From: a virus
Lineage: Duplodnaviria > Caudoviricetes
Virus record (IMG/VR): IMGVR_UViG_3300048998_000250
Coordinates: 1-38,625 of that record
Direction: 5' to 3' (one strand)
DNA length: 38,625 nucleotides
The stretch's first letter is position 1. Each line of letters opens with the position of its first letter. Below, piece after piece: positions 1 to 8,465 of the stretch. The notes beneath the pieces are model-generated. The model saw only the letters and a program-made list of their open reading frames with translations, had not been told where the DNA came from and searched no databases. Made by a program: the position numbers and the translations under genes.

Positions 1-754
1 GCTTGCCCACCGCGATTAAATCGTCCACGATAGGCGCGGCCGCGAGCAGTGCGAGCAAGCGCTCCGCGCTGGCGAGCGCAAACGCGTCCCTCGCGGCCCT
101 CGCGGCCCACGCGGCCCTCGCGTCCCTCGCGTCCCACGCGTCCCTCGCGGCCCTCGCGGCCCACGCGTCCCTCGCGTCCCACGCGTCCCACGCGGCCCAC
201 GCGGCCCTCGCGTCCCACGCGGCCCTCGCGGCCCTCGCGTCCCACGCGGCCCACGCGGCCCTCGCGTCCCTCGCGTCCCTCGCGGCCCACGCGGCCCTCA
301 ATCGCTCCGCGAGGGCCTCCGCCTCTGGGCCGGTCGTCTCGCGCGCGCGATAGCGCCGCGCCACCTCGAGGCAGAGCCCTTTGACCTCGGTGTCGTCGGT
401 CGTGTGCGCGATGCCGGAGGTGGGATCGTCCATCAGCCAGGCGGCGAACTCGGGCCACACACCGGAGAGATCCGCGCCCACCGGGATCGCGGCGAGGAAG
501 CGCTCCGGCCAGCGCTTGGCCTCCCCGTTCGGCAGCGATTCGAAAATTCGGTCCTCGAGCTGGGCGAGCGCCTCGGGGATCCCGAGCTCGGGCTCGTAGC
601 GCACGTGCTCGCCGCTGTGGATCGTGCAGCCCACTCCACAGCCGCGACCGTCTGCCCAGTAGACGCCATGGACTAGTTCGTCATTCGCGATGTGCGCTTG
701 GACGCGCGAAAGGTAGAACTCCTTTATTTCTGGCTTCCCGTGAAAGGCGATCAT
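1..754 (-). CDS. Phage early hypothetical protein with W/R-A/D-A tripeptide repeats (runs off window)
   Basis: Manual translation from ATG 754: [48 protein letters not shown]..., open to base 1. Absent from the ORF track because there is no stop in the window. ATGA overlap with the upstream mini-ORF. Confidence 0.8.
   Translation of the reverse strand, partial: MIAFHGKPEIKEFYLSRVQAHIANDELVHGVYWADGRGCGVGCTIHSGEHVRYEPELGIPEALAQLEDRIFESLPNGEAKRWPERFLAAIPVGADLSGVWPEFAAWLMDDPTSGIAHTTDDTEVKGLCLEVARRYRARETTGPEAEALAERLRAAWAARDARDARAAWAAWDARAARAAWDARAAWAAWDAWDARDAWAARAARDAWDARDARAAWAARAARDAFALASAERLLALLAAAPIVDDLIAVGK
84..299. repeat. 9-bp tandem repeat CGCG(G/T)CCC(A/T) within CDS
   Basis: More than 20 tandem units with two variable positions; encodes [12 protein letters not shown] on the minus strand. 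Confidence 0.9.
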
Positions 755-837
755 GTCCAGAGTTCTCCGCGAGAGATTTGGTGGAAGGCGCGCAGCGTCG
801 GTGGCGCGGCGGCGGTCGTCGGCTCAGGCGCGGTCAT
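751..837 (-). CDS. 28-aa small ORF
   Basis: GGAGG RBS upstream; [28 protein letters not shown]; its TGA overlaps the next ATG (ATGA). Confidence 0.5.
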   Translation of the reverse strand: MTAPEPTTAAAPPTLRAFHQISRGELWT

Positions 838-1243
838 GGTCCGCCTCCGGGGCCAGAAGATCCTCGGCCGCCGCCGCGTCGAGCCGGTCCAGCAGGGCGG
901 GACGTGCCATCGCCAGCAGCGCGTGCGCGCGCCAGTCCTCGAGTGCGGCGTCGAGCGACGCCGGGGCCGGGCGTGCGGTCTCCCGCGCCACCGCGGCCGC
1001 CACGGCGCCGAGGTCGATCACCCGGACCGAGTACGGCACCGCGTGCGTCGGCGGCGAGAGCGTGATGTGGGGGCTCAGCATGAGGTCGGTGTCGGTGATG
1101 TGGTCGTCGTCGGCCGGAGTTGCGCCGAGCGGGCGGACGTAGTACTGTCCTTGCTGTGCGCTGGACGGTGTGCTCACCCGCATCGGACCGCACAGGGGCG
1201 TCTCGGGGTAACCTGAGCGCCCTTTCTCATTGCGGGCGCTCAT
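824..1243 (-). CDS. Phage early hypothetical protein
   Basis: Start MSARNEKGRSG... overlaps the previous stop (ATGA at 1240-1243); the longer ORF-track start is unlikely. Confidence 0.6.
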   Translation of the reverse strand: MSARNEKGRSGYPETPLCGPMRVSTPSSAQQGQYYVRPLGATPADDDHITDTDLMLSPHITLSPPTHAVPYSVRVIDLGAVAAAVARETARPAPASLDAALEDWRAHALLAMARPALLDRLDAAAAEDLLAPEADHDRA

Positions 1244-1788
1244 GCGGACACCCGCGCGCCGTACACCCGGCGCCGGGAGACGTGGAGTGCGGCGCGCCGC
1301 TCCTCGCACGCCAGCGCGAGCGCGCCGAGCGTCTCTTCCTGCATCCGCGCGTCGCGGATCGCCTCGTCCAGCACGACTGGGTTCTCCGGCTGCTCGACCA
1401 ACTTGAGCGCGGCGAGCGACGTGCGGCACTGCGCCTTCGTCTCGGCGCGGACCAGCGTGGCGAGCGGCCGGCTGGCCGTGCGGCGGTGCTGCGCGACGGC
1501 ATCGGCTTCGAGGAGGGCGATCATGCGGCGGAGGGGGGCGACGACGAGGGCGCAGGAGACGCCATCCGTGAGGTCGCACCGGGCGACCGCGTAGAGGCGC
1601 TTGTACTCGGAGGACAACCCGGCCTGCATCGCGCGGCGGACGTGCACGACGTAGGGATCGGAGGGTGCGACGGGCCGCCCGTTCTGGGCGTGGGGAAGGG
1701 ACTGCCGGGCCAGCAACGTCAACTGCGTCAATGCTGCCGCGTGGGCGTCGAGCGATCCCACGTCGGCCGGGTCCTGTGTGCTAGTCAT
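1240..1788 (-). CDS. Phage regulatory protein, CII-like by position
   Basis: Helical 182-aa ORF directly downstream of the cro-position gene and a hairpin. Function inferred from synteny only. Confidence 0.5.
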   Translation of the reverse strand: MTSTQDPADVGSLDAHAAALTQLTLLARQSLPHAQNGRPVAPSDPYVVHVRRAMQAGLSSEYKRLYAVARCDLTDGVSCALVVAPLRRMIALLEADAVAQHRRTASRPLATLVRAETKAQCRTSLAALKLVEQPENPVVLDEAIRDARMQEETLGALALACEERRAALHVSRRRVYGARVSA

Positions 1789-1847
1789 CGGGCTCACCCC
1801 CGTTGATTGTTCGCGGCATGCCACCGACCTGCCGCGGCCACAAGTGT

Positions 1848-1873
1848 CCGCCTCACCCGAGATGGTGGGGCGG
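1848..1873 (-). terminator. tR1-like hairpin
   Basis: ccgcctcacc...ggtggggcgg inverted repeat right after the Phd-like gene stop. Confidence 0.45.
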
Positions 1874-1880
1874 GGTGCTG

Positions 1881-2087
1881 CTAAGCCGACTTCAGGCGGT
1901 TGTAATCCGCCATCGAGACCACCGCCGCAGACGGACGCCCGCGGCGCGTGATGATCGTGCGCTTGCCCGCGTACAGAGCCTCGTCCACGACCTCGCCCAG
2001 CACGTCTCTGGCTCGCACAATCGTCATCTCTGCCGCGGAACTCGTCGGCGAGGGTTCCTTCTGGCGGCGCGTGCGCTGACTCGGCAT
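1881..2087 (-). CDS. Phd/YefM-family antitoxin-like DNA-binding protein (cro position)
   Basis: MTIVRARDVLGEVVDEALYAGKRTIITRRGRPSAAVVSMADY matches the Phd/YefM pattern; AGGAGG RBS before ATG 2087. Confidence 0.85.
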   Translation of the reverse strand: MPSQRTRRQKEPSPTSSAAEMTIVRARDVLGEVVDEALYAGKRTIITRRGRPSAAVVSMADYNRLKSA

Positions 2088-2098
2088 ATTCCTCCTAC

Positions 2099-2201
2099 TG
2101 TGTCGTTCGTGTCGTTCGCTGCGCACCCGGATGCGGCGAGCGGCGGCAAAGGCAGTGTCTCTCACGTGGCTTAATGTGTTGAATTGTGTCGCGCTTGTCA
2201 A
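2099..2201 (-). promoter_or_regulatory. Divergent immunity control region with PR-like promoter and candidate operator half-sites
   Basis: Minus-strand TTGACA(2201-2196)-17-CACATT(2178-2173); (T/C)GTGTCG repeats at 2099, 2108 and 2185. Confidence 0.5.
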
Positions 2202-2224
2202 GCCCTGTTTCCGAGGCGCGGTAA

Positions 2225-2920
2225 GTGATTGATCTCGAACGCTTTGGGCGTGAGCTGTCCCGTCTCCGCGTCTGCGCCGGGCTCAAGACACACGACGCTG
2301 CCGCGCGGCAGAGCGGCATTGAGCGCGCGACCATTGTGCGGCACGAAAAGGGGACGGGGGGCGTCCCGCGGTCTGAGACGCTGATGCGCTACGAGGATGC
2401 CTATGGCATTGAGCGCGGGTCACTGACCAATGTGTTGTACGGGGTTGGCCAGGCAGTGTCGCAAAGTGCGCCGCGCAGCGCACCAGTCGCCTCGCGAGGA
2501 ACCACAGACGCGCTCCGGTCGCTGCGTCTGGTGCAGAACGACGTAGAGCGGGAATTGATCGAGGCCGGTGCGGCGGAGGACCGACTGGCCGAGGCGAATC
2601 GACTGTTCGCCGAGGCATCCCGTGGATTACGAGTGCTCTTGGGCCGCGATACGTCGGCGCCCGAAGACCAGCAGGCGGGGCCGAACGTAGCGGCCGCCCT
2701 CGCGCGTGTGCTGGAGACAGATGCGGGGACCCTCATCACCGGCGTACAGCGTGCCCCCGATCCTGACGCAGAGGCCGATGACGAGCACCATGCCTATACC
2801 GAGGAGGAGATTAAGGAGGCGACCCGGCAAGCTGACCGCATCGACGCGGCGCGCGCGCGGCAGAAGGCGAAGAAGGCCGCAGACCCGAAACCTGGGCGAC
2901 GCGCCGGCGGGCATCGCTAA
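2225..2920 (+). CDS. XRE-family HTH repressor (CI-like), no S24 peptidase domain seen
   Basis: FGRELSRLRVCAGLKTHDAAARQSGIERATIVRHEKG...PRSETLMRY is an XRE HTH; divergent from the early operon. Confidence 0.8.
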   Translation: MIDLERFGRELSRLRVCAGLKTHDAAARQSGIERATIVRHEKGTGGVPRSETLMRYEDAYGIERGSLTNVLYGVGQAVSQSAPRSAPVASRGTTDALRSLRLVQNDVERELIEAGAAEDRLAEANRLFAEASRGLRVLLGRDTSAPEDQQAGPNVAAALARVLETDAGTLITGVQRAPDPDAEADDEHHAYTEEEIKEATRQADRIDAARARQKAKKAADPKPGRRAGGHR

Positions 2921-3164
2921 CCGGGTCTTGCCGAGCGAGGTCCGTGGCCACCGATCGGAGGATATGCGCGTCCCACTCGTCGGGGAGGCGACGGCGCAGT
3001 TCCCCGTTCAGGAGTGCTCCGGACGACGTGATGGCGTAATAGACCGTCTCGCCGGTCATGCGGTCGCGGTAACTGTAGACTCCCCGCTCGCGCGCCAAGG
3101 GCGGGGGAGGGCCGAGCGGGGGCGCGGGGAGCGGGCGGGTGTCGAAGATCATGCGTCGCGTCAT
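2811..3164 (-). CDS. Hypothetical protein converging on and overlapping the repressor 3' end
   Basis: Globular-looking core GVYSYRDRMTGETVYYAITSSG; about 110-bp overlap with the repressor. Confidence 0.4.
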   Translation of the reverse strand: MTRRMIFDTRPLPAPPLGPPPPLARERGVYSYRDRMTGETVYYAITSSGALLNGELRRRLPDEWDAHILRSVATDLARQDPVSDARRRVAQVSGLRPSSPSAARAPRRCGQLAGSPP

Positions 3165-3379
3165 ACTGCTAAGTATCCATCCCCGGACAATCCCCGGCTT
3201 CGGGGTGCCTTCGGTCGCTCAGGCCGGGCCTGCAACATCGTCCTTGGTATACCCCGAGGCAAGCGTAAACGTTTGGCGTAACGCGCGGGCGCTGCCGGTC
3301 AAAGTGTCTCGCTGTCACGTACCGCCTGCACGACCGGCCGACGCGGGCCATTGCCGACTACCCTCTCGCCCCGACGACA

Positions 3380-3479
3380 ATGGCACTACTCACCTGCTCC
3401 GACTGTAAGAAGGAGTTTTCCGATGCGGCCGCCGCCTGCCCGAATTGCGGCCGACCGAACCCGCACGGCGCGGGCATTC
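3380..3479 (+). pseudogene. Zinc-ribbon domain protein, 5' part truncated by insertion
   Basis: MALLTCSDCKKEFSDAAAACPNCGRP zinc ribbon typical of phage immunity regions; the sequence switches to an IS-end-like motif at 3480. Confidence 0.6.
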
Positions 3480-3519
3480 GGCACTGGTACAGTTTGACGG
3501 GCGCCGCTGAGCCACCACC

Positions 3520-4124
3520 TCAGTACATGCAATCGGCGAAGAAGCCCGACTTGATGGGGATGTAGACCGTGGAAGCGGCGGCCAACTGTGCGCCTTTTGA
3601 GGGAGAGGCACAGTAGACCTTCTTCCCCAGCTCTCGTACTGCCGCGACGGCCGGCGTGTAGTCACCATCGGCGGTCAGCAGGTAGGCCGCGTCGTATTCG
3701 TCATTGTGGGCCATTAGGACCAGATCGACCGCCAAGAGAACATCCACCGCTTTCTCTTGTGTGACCATCACCTGCCGGTGTTTCTGAGCCAGTTGAACGA
3801 GGTCGTGATACACGCCCTTGTCGATCCTGACCCCCAGTGACGCCATGTAGTGGACGAGTTCTTCGGCCAGCTCGTTCCTCGCGGGTCGGGTCTCAAGGCG
3901 GCCATAGCACGCCTTGATCTTGGGGTCCGCGAGTAGTCGGTCCAGGAAGCGGCGCTGTTTCTTGTATCCATCGGGTGCTTCTTGCTGGTTGACCCGCCCC
4001 GTGTAGTAGCGGGTGCCAATCCAGTCTCTACCGGGCCCAATGAGCTTGTAGGAGACCTTGCCGAGGTCGATATCTCCCGGCACCCGAATGCCCGCGTTCT
4101 TAAGCGAGTGATACCAGTTGCTTC
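3520..4124 (-). pseudogene. NYN (LabA/DUF88, PIN-like) nuclease, 3' part; interrupted by IS1595 element
   Basis: QEKAVDVLLAVDLV and AYLLTADGDYTPAV...GKKV motifs; the N-terminal FIDG is missing here and lies at 8711-8749. Confidence 0.9.
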
Positions 4125-4191
4125 GGGAAGTGTGTACTTGGCGCACGGCCAGCCGGTGACGCCGAAATGACGGCCTCGCGTATCGTTCGGC

Positions 4192-4371
4192 ATGCCGACC
4201 ATCTGGGAGATCGCCGAGGAGCTGACCGCGCTGTACTGGGCGCTGTGGGAGCGCCGCACGCCCGCGCTGGAAAGCGCGCTGGACGCGCTATTCGACGCCG
4301 TAGCGGACTTGGACACGCTGGCTGGCGGAATTGCACGGTCCAGCGTGAGGGCGTTGCTGGACGAGCCCTAG
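4192..4371 (+). CDS. 59-aa helical hypothetical protein
   Basis: MPTIWEIAEELTALYWALWERRTPALESALDALFDAVADLD...; GC-rich third positions; followed by an inverted repeat. Confidence 0.5.
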   Translation: MPTIWEIAEELTALYWALWERRTPALESALDALFDAVADLDTLAGGIARSSVRALLDEP

Positions 4372-4380
4372 AATGTCACT

Positions 4381-4403
4381 GGGCCGTCTCAGTGAGACGG
4401 CCC
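4381..4403. terminator. Perfect inverted repeat between convergent genes
   Basis: GGGCCGTCTCA-G-TGAGACGGCCC. Confidence 0.55.
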
Positions 4404-4427
4404 CGGTCGGCGATTCCACCGTCGATC

Positions 4428-4892
4428 TTAGATGGTCCCCTCTGCGTCTGCTGGCGGAAGCTGCGCCGGGGCGGTGGGTGCTACAGCGGTCAGTGCCACC
4501 AGATTGACCGGACGGAGCCAAAGCGGGCCAAACCTCCCACGCGACGTCACGTTAGCAACCAGTTCGCGGACGAAAGGGAACATCATTCCGAGGGCGTGGC
4601 TCTTCACATACTCCGAAAGGGGAAAATTGGCGTCCTGCTCGGACTCAACCAGGGCGGTCATGAGGAATGAGAAACGATACAGCGGCTCGGCCTCCTCTTT
4701 GGAGCTGACCAGTATCTGGATTCGTCCCTTCGCCGCGTCGGGCGACAGCCCTGAACTGAGTTGCAACTCAATGTCGGTTTCAACCGGGGTCGCCGGATCA
4801 AACTCAAGGAAATCTGGCCTGTGCTCGAACATCGCACGCTCAAGAAAGATCTGGGCGATGCGAATTCCGGGTTGCTTGGTTGGGTCGATCAT
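4428..4892 (-). CDS. SecB-like chaperone (TAC system)
   Basis: GIRIAQIFLERAMFE and HALGMMFPFVRELVANVTSRGRFGPLWLRPVNL SecB-like signature; third gene of the operon. Confidence 0.9.
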   Translation of the reverse strand: MIDPTKQPGIRIAQIFLERAMFEHRPDFLEFDPATPVETDIELQLSSGLSPDAAKGRIQILVSSKEEAEPLYRFSFLMTALVESEQDANFPLSEYVKSHALGMMFPFVRELVANVTSRGRFGPLWLRPVNLVALTAVAPTAPAQLPPADAEGTI

Positions 4893-5573
4893 TCAGGCCA
4901 CCGCTAAGAGTTCGGGGCTAGCCGAACCGGTGTTTTGGTTCACTCTAGCCCCGGGAATGGGTTCAGCTAAGCAGGTTGGTACAAGCACTTCCGCCCAGTC
5001 GACAGTGGCATACGAGGCTTCGAGAGGGGGCAGTGGCCCCATTCGTTGTCGCGTGGGAAGGACTGAGGTCGCGGTTACCTGGAAGCGATCATCAAAAACC
5101 GTATACGTGACCTCAAAATTCGCCCACGCATCCAACTCGACCGGTTCAGGAAGCGTGACCCCTGCCTGTTCGGCAAACCGCTTGAAGAGTGAGGGTGAAT
5201 CACGGATTTCCCGTAGCAATTGATCTGCGGCTCTGCTCTGACATACAAGGCCATTCTCCCATCGGCCCCATGTCTTCTTCCCCACGCCAACAATTCGCTC
5301 CATCTGCTCTTGCTTTACACCATAGTTCTTGCGGATCGCGATGATTTCGTTGGGCGTGAGACGCCCCGCCCGTTGCCGCTCGACGCCAGCCAGATTTCTC
5401 GTGGCGGCTCGCGACTGTTGGTAGGTGAAAAACTCCTCGCCGCACCGACCGCAGCGCGAGTATTCAGCATGATACGGGACTTCTTCGCCGGTCGGCGCAC
5501 GAAAGCTCCGCATCTCTGGGTGGACAGTGATCTCCGTCCCCGAGCATACCGGGCAGCTTTGCTTTCGACTCAT
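4893..5573 (-). CDS. MqsA-family antitoxin (Zn finger + XRE HTH) with C-terminal ChAD-like extension
   Basis: CPVC...CGRCGEEF; LTPNEIIAIRKNYGVKQEQMERIVGVGKKTWGRWENG; about 80-aa aromatic-containing tail. Confidence 0.9.
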   Translation of the reverse strand: MSRKQSCPVCSGTEITVHPEMRSFRAPTGEEVPYHAEYSRCGRCGEEFFTYQQSRAATRNLAGVERQRAGRLTPNEIIAIRKNYGVKQEQMERIVGVGKKTWGRWENGLVCQSRAADQLLREIRDSPSLFKRFAEQAGVTLPEPVELDAWANFEVTYTVFDDRFQVTATSVLPTRQRMGPLPPLEASYATVDWAEVLVPTCLAEPIPGARVNQNTGSASPELLAVA

Positions 5574-5914
5574 TGTGAACTCCCGTCAAGCTTGCAGGCC
5601 AGCAGATACAAGTCGTTTGGTCCGATGGCTACTTCCACGAAAAGCACGTCTGGCGGCTTTCCTTCCTCTTCGTGTGACCGCGGCAAGAAGCGCGTAACAA
5701 AAGTTCCGGTCGGGTTGTGAGGCGGCCAGTGGGACTCTTCCAGGTCCTTGTCCCAGCAAGTATCGGTCAGCTCGTACAGCATGTCCCACACGTCTGGTTC
5801 CTTGTAGCCGAGCCCATCCATCTGGGTTCGCGCCTTCCTGCTCACCTCCACTCGCTCTGCGTCAGCGAGTTCGTGGATACGCTGAAGCGCATCGTGCTTG
5901 GAGGGGAGGGGCAT
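5570..5914 (-). CDS. MqsR-like (RelE-fold) toxin
   Basis: LQRIHEL...SRKARTQMDGLGYKEPDVWDMLYEL pattern; upstream of and overlapping the antitoxin (ATGA). Confidence 0.75.
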   Translation of the reverse strand: MPLPSKHDALQRIHELADAERVEVSRKARTQMDGLGYKEPDVWDMLYELTDTCWDKDLEESHWPPHNPTGTFVTRFLPRSHEEEGKPPDVLFVEVAIGPNDLYLLACKLDGSSQ

Positions 5915-5945
5915 CTGCTCTGCTTGGCGGATACATGGGAGGCAG

Positions 5946-5975
5946 AAGGTAGCATGATGCTACTTTGGATTGCAA
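5946..5975 (-). promoter_or_regulatory. TAC promoter with palindromic operator
   Basis: TTGCAA-18-TACCTT on the minus strand; perfect palindrome GTAGCAT-G-ATGCTAC at 5949-5963 overlaps the -10. Confidence 0.65.
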
Positions 5976-6030
5976 GTATGGTTCCCGACCCCCATCAAAT
6001 ACACTGTTGAACCATTAAGTTCCGGTCTTT

Positions 6031-6060
6031 TTGACCGATGTAGCACGATGCTCCTAAGCT
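6031..6060 (+). promoter_or_regulatory. Distal promoter toward transposase containing second operator copy
   Basis: TTGACC-18-TAAGCT; the spacer holds GTAGCACGATGCTCC (6040-6054), 13/15 identical to the TAC operator. Confidence 0.55.
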
Positions 6061-6108
6061 ACCTACGCGGCACGACGTCGTTTGTAACAACCGGGTTATT
6101 TTTCGCAC

Positions 6109-6137
6109 TTGACGCAAGCCTTGCGTTAGGTTATAAT
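6109..6137 (+). promoter_or_regulatory. Transposase promoter, probably leaderless mRNA
   Basis: TTGACG-17-TATAAT ending 5 nt before ATG 6143; palindrome ACGCAAG-C-CTTGCGT at 6112-6126. Confidence 0.75.
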
Positions 6138-6142
6138 AATTC

Positions 6143-7204
6143 ATGGCCACCAAACAGCGGAAAGTCGGCGGGGCAACGACGGAATTGGAGCGCAAGCTGC
6201 CATTGGCCTGCGCCTCGGAGCCTCACGCCGTCGAGTTCATGGAGCACCAGCGCGGCTGGACTTCTGAGGCTGACGCGGCGTGCCCACAGTGCGGCGTGCT
6301 CGGGGAGTCATACCAAATGAAGAGCGCAACGGGCGAGCGCAACCCGCGCTTCTTGTGGCGCTGCCGTGCGTGCAAGCAGCAATTCACCGTGAAGGTTGGC
6401 ACCATCATGGAGGCTTCGCCAATCCCGGTCCGCTTCTGGTGCTTGGCGTTCTACCGCGCCGCTGCGTCCAAGAAGGGGATTAGCGCGATGCAGATGCAGC
6501 GCGAGACGGGCCTCTCCTACAAGTCCGCCCTGTTCATGATGCACCGTATCCGGTGGGCGATGAAGCCAGCCAACGACAACGAACCGAAGCTCGGGGCGAA
6601 CGGCGAGACGGTCGAGTTTGACGAGACCTACGTCGGCGGCAAGCCGCGCGGTCATGCACGCTATCAGACCAAGGCTGATGGGACGTACAAGGGCGGCCCC
6701 GCTGCCGATTTCTCGAAGAGGAAAACGCCGGTTGTCGGTGGCGTCGAGCGTGACGGTCGCGTGAAAGCGCGCGTGGTGATGAACGTCGGCGGTGCGGAGC
6801 TGGCGAAGCACGTGACGGCGATGGTGGACACGTCCGCGCATCTCATGACCGATCAGGCGCAAGCCTACAAGGCCATCGGGCTCGACTTCGCCAGCCACGC
6901 GCGCATTCGACACAACGTCGGCCAGTACGTGCGCTACACGACGGACGGCGTGCAGGTCACCACGAACCGCATTGAAGGCTTCTGGGCGGGCCTGAAACGG
7001 CAGATCGGCGGGACGCACCACGCCGTCACGCGGAAGCACCTGCACCGCTACCTGAGCGAAGCAGAGTTCAAGTACAACAATCGGGGCCTGAGCGACGGCG
7101 AGCGCACGGTAAAGCTGATCCAAGCGTCCGAAAATCGCCGTCTGACCTACGCGGAGCAGATCGCCCGCCCGCGTGACGACAAAGGGCGCTACACGTGGCG
7201 CTGA
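6143..7204 (+). CDS. IS1595-family DDE transposase
   Basis: Zn ribbon CPQC...CRAC; KKGISAMQMQRETGLSYKSA HTH; VEFDETYVGG, LMTD, TNRIEGFW, KHLHRYLSEAEFKYN. Confidence 0.97.
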   Translation: MATKQRKVGGATTELERKLPLACASEPHAVEFMEHQRGWTSEADAACPQCGVLGESYQMKSATGERNPRFLWRCRACKQQFTVKVGTIMEASPIPVRFWCLAFYRAAASKKGISAMQMQRETGLSYKSALFMMHRIRWAMKPANDNEPKLGANGETVEFDETYVGGKPRGHARYQTKADGTYKGGPAADFSKRKTPVVGGVERDGRVKARVVMNVGGAELAKHVTAMVDTSAHLMTDQAQAYKAIGLDFASHARIRHNVGQYVRYTTDGVQVTTNRIEGFWAGLKRQIGGTHHAVTRKHLHRYLSEAEFKYNNRGLSDGERTVKLIQASENRRLTYAEQIARPRDDKGRYTWR

Positions 7205-7221
7205 GATCGACGACGCCACAA

Positions 7222-7253
7222 ACACCCCCGCTCCCAATGGGTTGCGGGGGTGT
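7222..7253 (+). terminator. Hairpin after transposase
   Basis: ACACCCCCGC...GCGGGGGTGT. Confidence 0.55.
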
Positions 7254-7277
7254 CGCGGCGGGTGCTATAATTCAATC

Positions 7278-7497
7278 ACTATGGCGGGGGCATATCCGGC
7301 TCCGGCGTAGTGCGAGTGCGGGCGCGACCTGTCAGAAGCGGTCCCGTTCCTCGCGGTGGATTGGCTGGAGCGCTGGGGGAACGATCCCCACGGGGGAAGC
7401 CTGCCAAGGACTGCCCGGTCACCAGACGCGCCCCAAAAGTCATGCGAGCGGCCAGGGGTTGTTGTGCGCCTACACACCTCCCTCTGGCCGTTCGTGT
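7278..7497 (+). ncRNA. Putative small RNA (about 220 nt)
   Basis: Extended -10 TGCTATAAT at 7263-7271; no credible ORF; long terminal hairpin at 7442-7497 with G-U pairs that favour the + strand. Confidence 0.4.
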
Positions 7498-7500
7498 ATC

Positions 7501-8358
7501 CTACCGCTTGCCCTCCTGCTCCACGTTCGCCTTAGCGGCGAGCACTTGTGCAATCCCGCTCCAGAACGCGGTGATGCGGTCCGGTTGCCACGTGGCAAAG
7601 TCTTTCAGGTCGACGCTGACGTCCACGTTGAACCGCAGCACACCTTCTGGAGCCTGACTGAACGCCGTCGACAGCGACGAGCCGCGCACCGGTTCGCGCG
7701 GTTGTGCGATCCGGGGCTCCTCGTCGTCCGTGCGTTGCGTCGTCGTGTCAGAGCGCATCGGGGCCTCCTCCTGAATGACGGCACCGCCGTCTCGGTACGA
7801 GTCACCCTCTTTTCTGACGAGGCCGCTTTGTGTCAGATAGGACAAAATGTTCTTGAGTTGCCCCTCGTACCTCGGACCTGCACCGGATGCGTCGGCGAGC
7901 AGTTCAATCGCCTCGCGCTCTGTGATGGGCTTGCCCATGCGGAGCCTAGGCAGCAGGACATTGGCGAACCACGTCCTGCTCAGGAGCGGAGCCAGCTTCT
8001 GCGCTGCCGTCTCAGCGTTCCAGCCAATCGCCTTGACGTAGCTCATCACTTCCGGCGCTACCGCGTACCCGTTCCCCTCCTTCCGCAGAAACCCGACGTC
8101 GAGGAAGAAGGGATTAGCGAGAATCGCGGTATTGGGGTGGATCTTCACCAGCTCGGATACCTCGGTGTTCGTCACCGCCGTCTTGCCTTGCGACGTGATC
8201 GCGGCATAGCCCCGCAGCATGTCAAACTGCTTCGTCACGCCGACTCGGTCAGTGGGGAGTGCCTTGCTGGGCTTCTCGCTGACCGGCGGCTTCGCCGTTG
8301 TGTCGGAAGACGATTGCCCGTCGGGCGGAATCGTGCCGACGACTTTCGGACCTGTCAT
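7501..8358 (-). CDS. IS passenger hypothetical protein, probable tandem winged-helix (DUF5343-like, tentative)
   Basis: Two ...FLDVGFLRKEGNGY / YLTQSGLVRKEGDSY wing-like motifs; GGAGG RBS before ATG 8358; promoter TTGAGT(8418)-17-TAATGT(8395). Confidence 0.7.
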   Translation of the reverse strand: MTGPKVVGTIPPDGQSSSDTTAKPPVSEKPSKALPTDRVGVTKQFDMLRGYAAITSQGKTAVTNTEVSELVKIHPNTAILANPFFLDVGFLRKEGNGYAVAPEVMSYVKAIGWNAETAAQKLAPLLSRTWFANVLLPRLRMGKPITEREAIELLADASGAGPRYEGQLKNILSYLTQSGLVRKEGDSYRDGGAVIQEEAPMRSDTTTQRTDDEEPRIAQPREPVRGSSLSTAFSQAPEGVLRFNVDVSVDLKDFATWQPDRITAFWSGIAQVLAAKANVEQEGKR

Positions 8359-8465
8359 AGGAACCTCCATGTGTTGTGCGCCTGCCCACACATTAGCCAG
8401 TCAGGTCGTAGAACTCAAGTGCTCATGAGTAACCATGAGCCAGCGCGGGCCGGAGTGCCCACTTC

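Noticed and set aside
1881-4124. Phd plus NYN/PIN as a cognate TA pair
   Set aside because: They are separated by the repressor and other genes, and NYN arrived on an insertion with its own leader.
3520-4146. ORF-track 208-aa NYN as an intact gene
   Set aside because: Its start lies inside the IS1595 TIR; the true N-terminus with the catalytic FIDG is at 8711-8749.
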